64,000 nt of DNA from Octopus sinensis (taxonomy: Eukaryota), in contig NC_043002.1 in the NCBI RefSeq assembly GCF_006345805.1, positions 88,598,001 to 88,662,000 of the forward strand, read 5' to 3'. The position numbers and the translations under genes are program-made. Within the stretch, counting starts at the first letter, position 1, and the number at the start of each line of letters is the position of its first letter. The notes below the pieces were generated by a model. It made no database searches. It was not told the DNA's origin and saw only the letters and a list, made by a program, of their open reading frames with translations. Shown here piece by piece: positions 59,837-64,000 of the stretch.

Positions 59837-60640
59837 CTATTATACCTGTGTTTAAGGCAGCAAGCTGGCAAGATCATCAACATGCCAGGCAAAATGTTTA
59901 GCAGCATTTCATCCATCTTTACGATTCGAGTTCAAATTCCACCAGGTCGACTTTGCTTTTCATCTTTCCATGGTCAATAAAATAAATGCCAGTTTTGTAC
60001 TGGTGTCAATGTAATCAACTTACCTCCTCTCCCAATTTTCAGGCCTCGTGCTTTTAGTAGGAAGGATTATTATTAATATTGAAAAATTGACCTTGTTTGC
60101 AAAAGTTTTGGACCTGAGTTTGCACCCACTAAACAAATTTCATTCCTGCTCTTATGAAGAAGTCTGATATAAAACCTCCAAAGGACAACATACTGGATTG
60201 GCAACCAGTATGAGACAGCTTGCCTCAACTAAATGTAGATAGGACTCTTTGAGCCACAATGAATAGAATATCGAGAGATGGTATTACTTTAAAAACACTG
60301 ATCTTTGTGGGCCCTTACTCACAAATCTCTCATATCTTAATGGCAACAAAACAAAATCTTTACTGAATCTGTCACTGCCTGTATGAACAAAGGCTATGTC
60401 ACCTGGAGGAGAGGTAGTCAGGGAGTGAGAACTTTGCTTCTAGTTGAAACCTTCCCAGCAATATATGGCTGGAGGTCTCCCACAACAGGACAAATTCTTC
60501 TGAAGGCTTTCCATGTCCAACACCGACAAGTATCAGTCAAATCAAGAACCAGAAATGGTTCAGGAAAAACAATAAACAAGTTCTTGAGACTTATTATACT
60601 TCCATGTATTATCCATAAGAAGTTTCAAACAATGAGATAA

Positions 60641-61040
60641 CATAGGTGCAGGAGTGGCTATGTGGTAAGTAGCTTGCTTACCAACCACATGGTTCCGGGT
60701 TCAGTCCCACTGCGTAGTACCTTGGGCAAGTGTCTTCTACTATAGCCTTGTGAGTGGATTTGGTAGGCAGAAACTGAAAAAAGCCAGTCGTATATATGTA
60801 TATATATATATGTGTGTGTTTGTGTGTCTGTGTTTGTCTCCCCCAGCATCGCTTAACAACCAATACTGGTGTGTTTATGTCCCTGTAACTTAGCAGTTCG
60901 GCAAAAGAGACCGATAGAATAAGCACCAGGCTTACAAAGAATAAGTCCTGGGGTTGATTTGCTTGACTAAAGGCGGTGCTCCAGTATGGCCGCAGTCAAA
61001 TGACTGAAACAAGTAAAAGAGTAAAAGAGAGTAAAAGAGT
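60641..61040 (+). mobile_element. SINE family B
   Basis: Full head, core and tail. Confidence 0.85.
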
Positions 61041-61587
61041 ATACCAAATTTGGAGAGAAAAGAACCCCAAAATTAGGCTGAATATAACAGTAACAAAGTT
61101 GTGAATGTATGAAGAAAGCTTGTAAACCAGAAATAGTTGACTGACATTGAAAGTGACCAAATAAAAGAAAATGTAAAATCAAATTTGAGAAACAACCCAG
61201 TAAATACAACTTGCACAAATTAATAGCCAAAAACTATGTCAATGTCAAAGAAGTAAAATCTTTACAGGAAGACCCACAAGCAGAAACAACCTAAATACAC
61301 TACTTAAAGATTAAACCATTGTAGAGAAACATACTAATGAGATTACAAACAATTTATCAGCAGTGAATAACGTAGGTAACAAAAAAAGTAATCTGACCAA
61401 ACTTGAAGAACAAGTATTTGCTAAATGGAACAAAATCTAAAATATGGACATGAAGGAATGCAGTAACCTACTTAAGAGTGAAAGAAAAAGGAAAAAAATT
61501 TCAAAATAATCTGCCAGGTGGACACAGCCCTGAAAGCAATTATAAATGAAATGAACTAGACATTACATCCTTAAATAAGTTATGCTA

Positions 61588-62000
61588 TAGGCGTAGGAGT
61601 GGCTGTGTGGTGAGTAACTTGCTTACTAACCACATGGTTCCGGGTTCAGTCCCACTGCTTGGCACCTTGGGCAAATGTCTTCTACTATAGCCTCAGGCCA
61701 ACCAAAGCCTTGTGAGTGGATTTGGTAGACGGAAACTGAAAGAAGCCCATCGTATATATGTATATATATGTGTGTGTGTGTGTGTATACGTTTGTGCATC
61801 TGTGTTTGTCCCCCCAACATCACTTGACAACCGATGCTGGTGTGTTTACGTCCCTGTAACTTAGCGGTTCTGCGAAAACAGACCGATAGAATAAGTACTA
61901 GGCTTACAAAGAATAAGTCCTGGGGGTCGATTTGCTCAACTAAAGGCAGTGCTCCAGCATGGCCACAGTCAAATGACTGAAACAAATAAAAGAGTAAAGA
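61588..62000 (+). mobile_element. SINE family B
   Basis: Full head, core and tail. Confidence 0.85.
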
Positions 62001-62179
62001 GTAATGAGTATGCTGCTGCTAAGTCTGCACCAAAAAGTGTGGCACAAAACTGAGGAACAGAATGGAAAATCTTCATGAAAGACCAACGTTGCAAGAAAAA
62101 AGATTAAGAAACAAATTGATGCCCTCCAGTCTGATGTAGAAACACTGTAGAACTTAAGCAATAGTCATAATATAAAACC

Positions 62180-63420
62180 ACTCATGAAGAGAAAGATAAT
62201 GAGATAATGTGAATGAAAGTCAGAACACCAATTTGCTGAAGTGTAGCAGATTCAAAATATTTCCTGAGAATATGCACTTTCAAGTCTTTTTCAAAATTGC
62301 AGCTGTCTGATGTAAAATGTTCAGCAAGTTCTGTTAAACTACTGTTATTGTGTCTAATGTCATATCTGTGTCCATTGAATCTTTTGTTCTGTTGTACAAC
62401 TAACATAAACCAAGTTGTGTTTGGTGCATTCTGCTGTGCACACCATATGGGAATATCTACCTATCCCACCTTTCATATAAATCATAACGTTTCTGTTACA
62501 ATTCCTGATGGAATTGATCTGACTCATATTGTTGCACAGTGAACAGGGTTTATGTCTCGTGTGGCTGTTTTTCAAGGCACAGTGTTAGTTTTCTTGGAGT
62601 CAGAAGTAAAAGTTGACAGTTCTCTTATATTTTGATTCCATCTAAAGGCTACAATAGGCAGCTGAGCAAATATTTGTTTGAAATGAGGATATTTTTCCAC
62701 AACATGCTGGTAACTTTCATGTAACCCTTTTGAAATTCCAGACAAATTTTGATGCCAGTTAATTACTAAAGGAATTCTGGCACATATTGTACTTTGTTTG
62801 CTAAAATTATGCGTGAAAGTTTGACTTTCCTTGCTAATCTTAGCTATGTCATTTTCAATTTCCTTTAATCGTGATTCACTGTAACCACGTTTGACATAAT
62901 GGCATATAAAAGCGTTTGCATGTTTCCAGTAATCCCTATATCAGTACAAATCCGTTTTATCCTCAAAAATTGAGATTTGCGATTTGACTGAATTATATGA
63001 TGTGGATGATCAGAGCAGCAGTGGAGGTAAATGTAGAATGATGTGAGCTTGCAAAATAACTCTGTCATTATTCTGCCTCCAGAAAATTTAACTTTTGTAT
63101 CCAAAAATTCAATGCTAGTTTTAGAAAAACTAGATGTAAATTTTATGTTGGATTTAAAGCCATAGTTTTTAGCATAACAGTCACAGAAATGCAAGAAGTC
63201 AATTAAGCTATCCTGTGATCCTTCCCAGATAATAAAAGGTGTTGTCAATGAACCATAACCAGAGTATTGGTTCATGACCATGTAGGGGTTTGAATGTCTT
63301 CAGTAACTGTGTGAAATTAACTGCCATGAGGGTAACCATGGTACAACCCCTTGTCTGGGGGCAAAATTTTTGTCCATACTTCATTGTGTTAGTTACTTTG
63401 TAACACTTTGTAGAAAGTCA
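62180..63420 (-). pseudogene. Decayed Penelope-like element ORF (RT palm/thumb and GIY-YIG)
   Basis: QTRGCTMVTLMAVNF (GxxMG motif). ORF 62865-63281 has FIIWEGSQDSL...NIKFT...IEFLDTKV...YLH..SDHPHHIIQS..KSQFLRIKRIC. ORFs 62360-62575 and 62182-62406 have CSLC...NLVY and RFNGHRYDI...LAEHF. Confidence 0.85.
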
Positions 63421-63539
63421 TCCAGCCACTCTGAAAAACTGGTACTGAAATGTTTTTTATAAAATTATTTTAGCATTTTCTACCTTGACTTTTTTTTTCC
63501 ATATTATATCAATATATAGGTATGTATGTATAAATATTC

Positions 63540-63950
63540 TTTTATTCTTTTACATGTGACTGCTGCTGACATGCTGGAGTACCATCTTAAAGGGTTTCAG
63601 TTAAAGAAATCAACCCCAGAACTTATTCTTTGTAGGCCTTGTACTTATTCTATCGGTCTCTTTTGCTGAACCAGCATGTTACAGGGACATAAACACACCA
63701 CCATCGGTTGTCAGGCGATGGTGGATGGACAAATACAGATACACATACATAAAGACACATATACATAAATATATACATACACACACACACATATATATAT
63801 ACGATGGGTTTCTTTCAGTTTCCACTCACAAGGCTTTGGTCGACCCAAGGCTATAGTAAAAGACACTTGCTCAAGGTGCCATGCTTTGGGACTGAACAAG
63901 AAACCATGTGGTTGAGAAGCAAGCTTCTTATCACACAGCCATGTCTGCAC
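63540..63950 (-). mobile_element. SINE family B
   Basis: Reverse complement of family B. Confidence 0.8.
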
Positions 63951-63964
63951 CTATATATATATAT

Positions 63965-64000
<36 letters not shown>

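Larger units (their letters stand above)
60530..62170 (+). pseudogene. 5' part of an R4/Dong-like non-LTR ORF, decayed and split by two SINEs
   Basis: KNQKWFRKNNKQVLETYY...YQIWREKNP (Myb-like), DITSLNKLCY/YAAAKS, PTLQEKKIKKQIDALQSDVETL. Confidence 0.45.

Overview
AT-rich, repeat-saturated eukaryotic (animal) DNA. I can support no host protein-coding exon, so this is probably intronic or intergenic. The SINE and microsatellite repertoire looks like an octopus/cephalopod genome (inference from recalled repeat families, not checked). Most ORFs in the supplied track are microsatellite read-throughs or antisense frames of decayed transposons. Recognisable elements: two related Gypsy-type LTR retrotransposons with 5-bp TSDs (9749-14226 full-length but decayed; 57377-59836 lacking RT/RNaseH), Penelope-like RT/GIY-YIG remnants, RTE and R4/Dong-like LINE fragments, mariner/Tc1 and hAT-like remnants, MITEs, a Helitron-like element, dozens of tRNA-derived SINEs, and a 13-copy 227-bp tandem array made from a SINE. 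The main finding is at least eight unrelated small non-coding repeats that each carry a type I hammerhead-ribozyme fold. Six are outward-facing inverted pairs and two are direct/tandem repeats, the arrangements expected for Penelope pseudo-LTRs and retrozymes. Their cores include the canonical C3-G8 pair and both compensatory swaps (U3-A8 at 7158-7194, G3-C8 at 29952-30002). Two have very long stem II insertions, and one is a young, highly structured 487-nt circularly permuted monomer. All folds were derived by eye; none has been shown to cleave.
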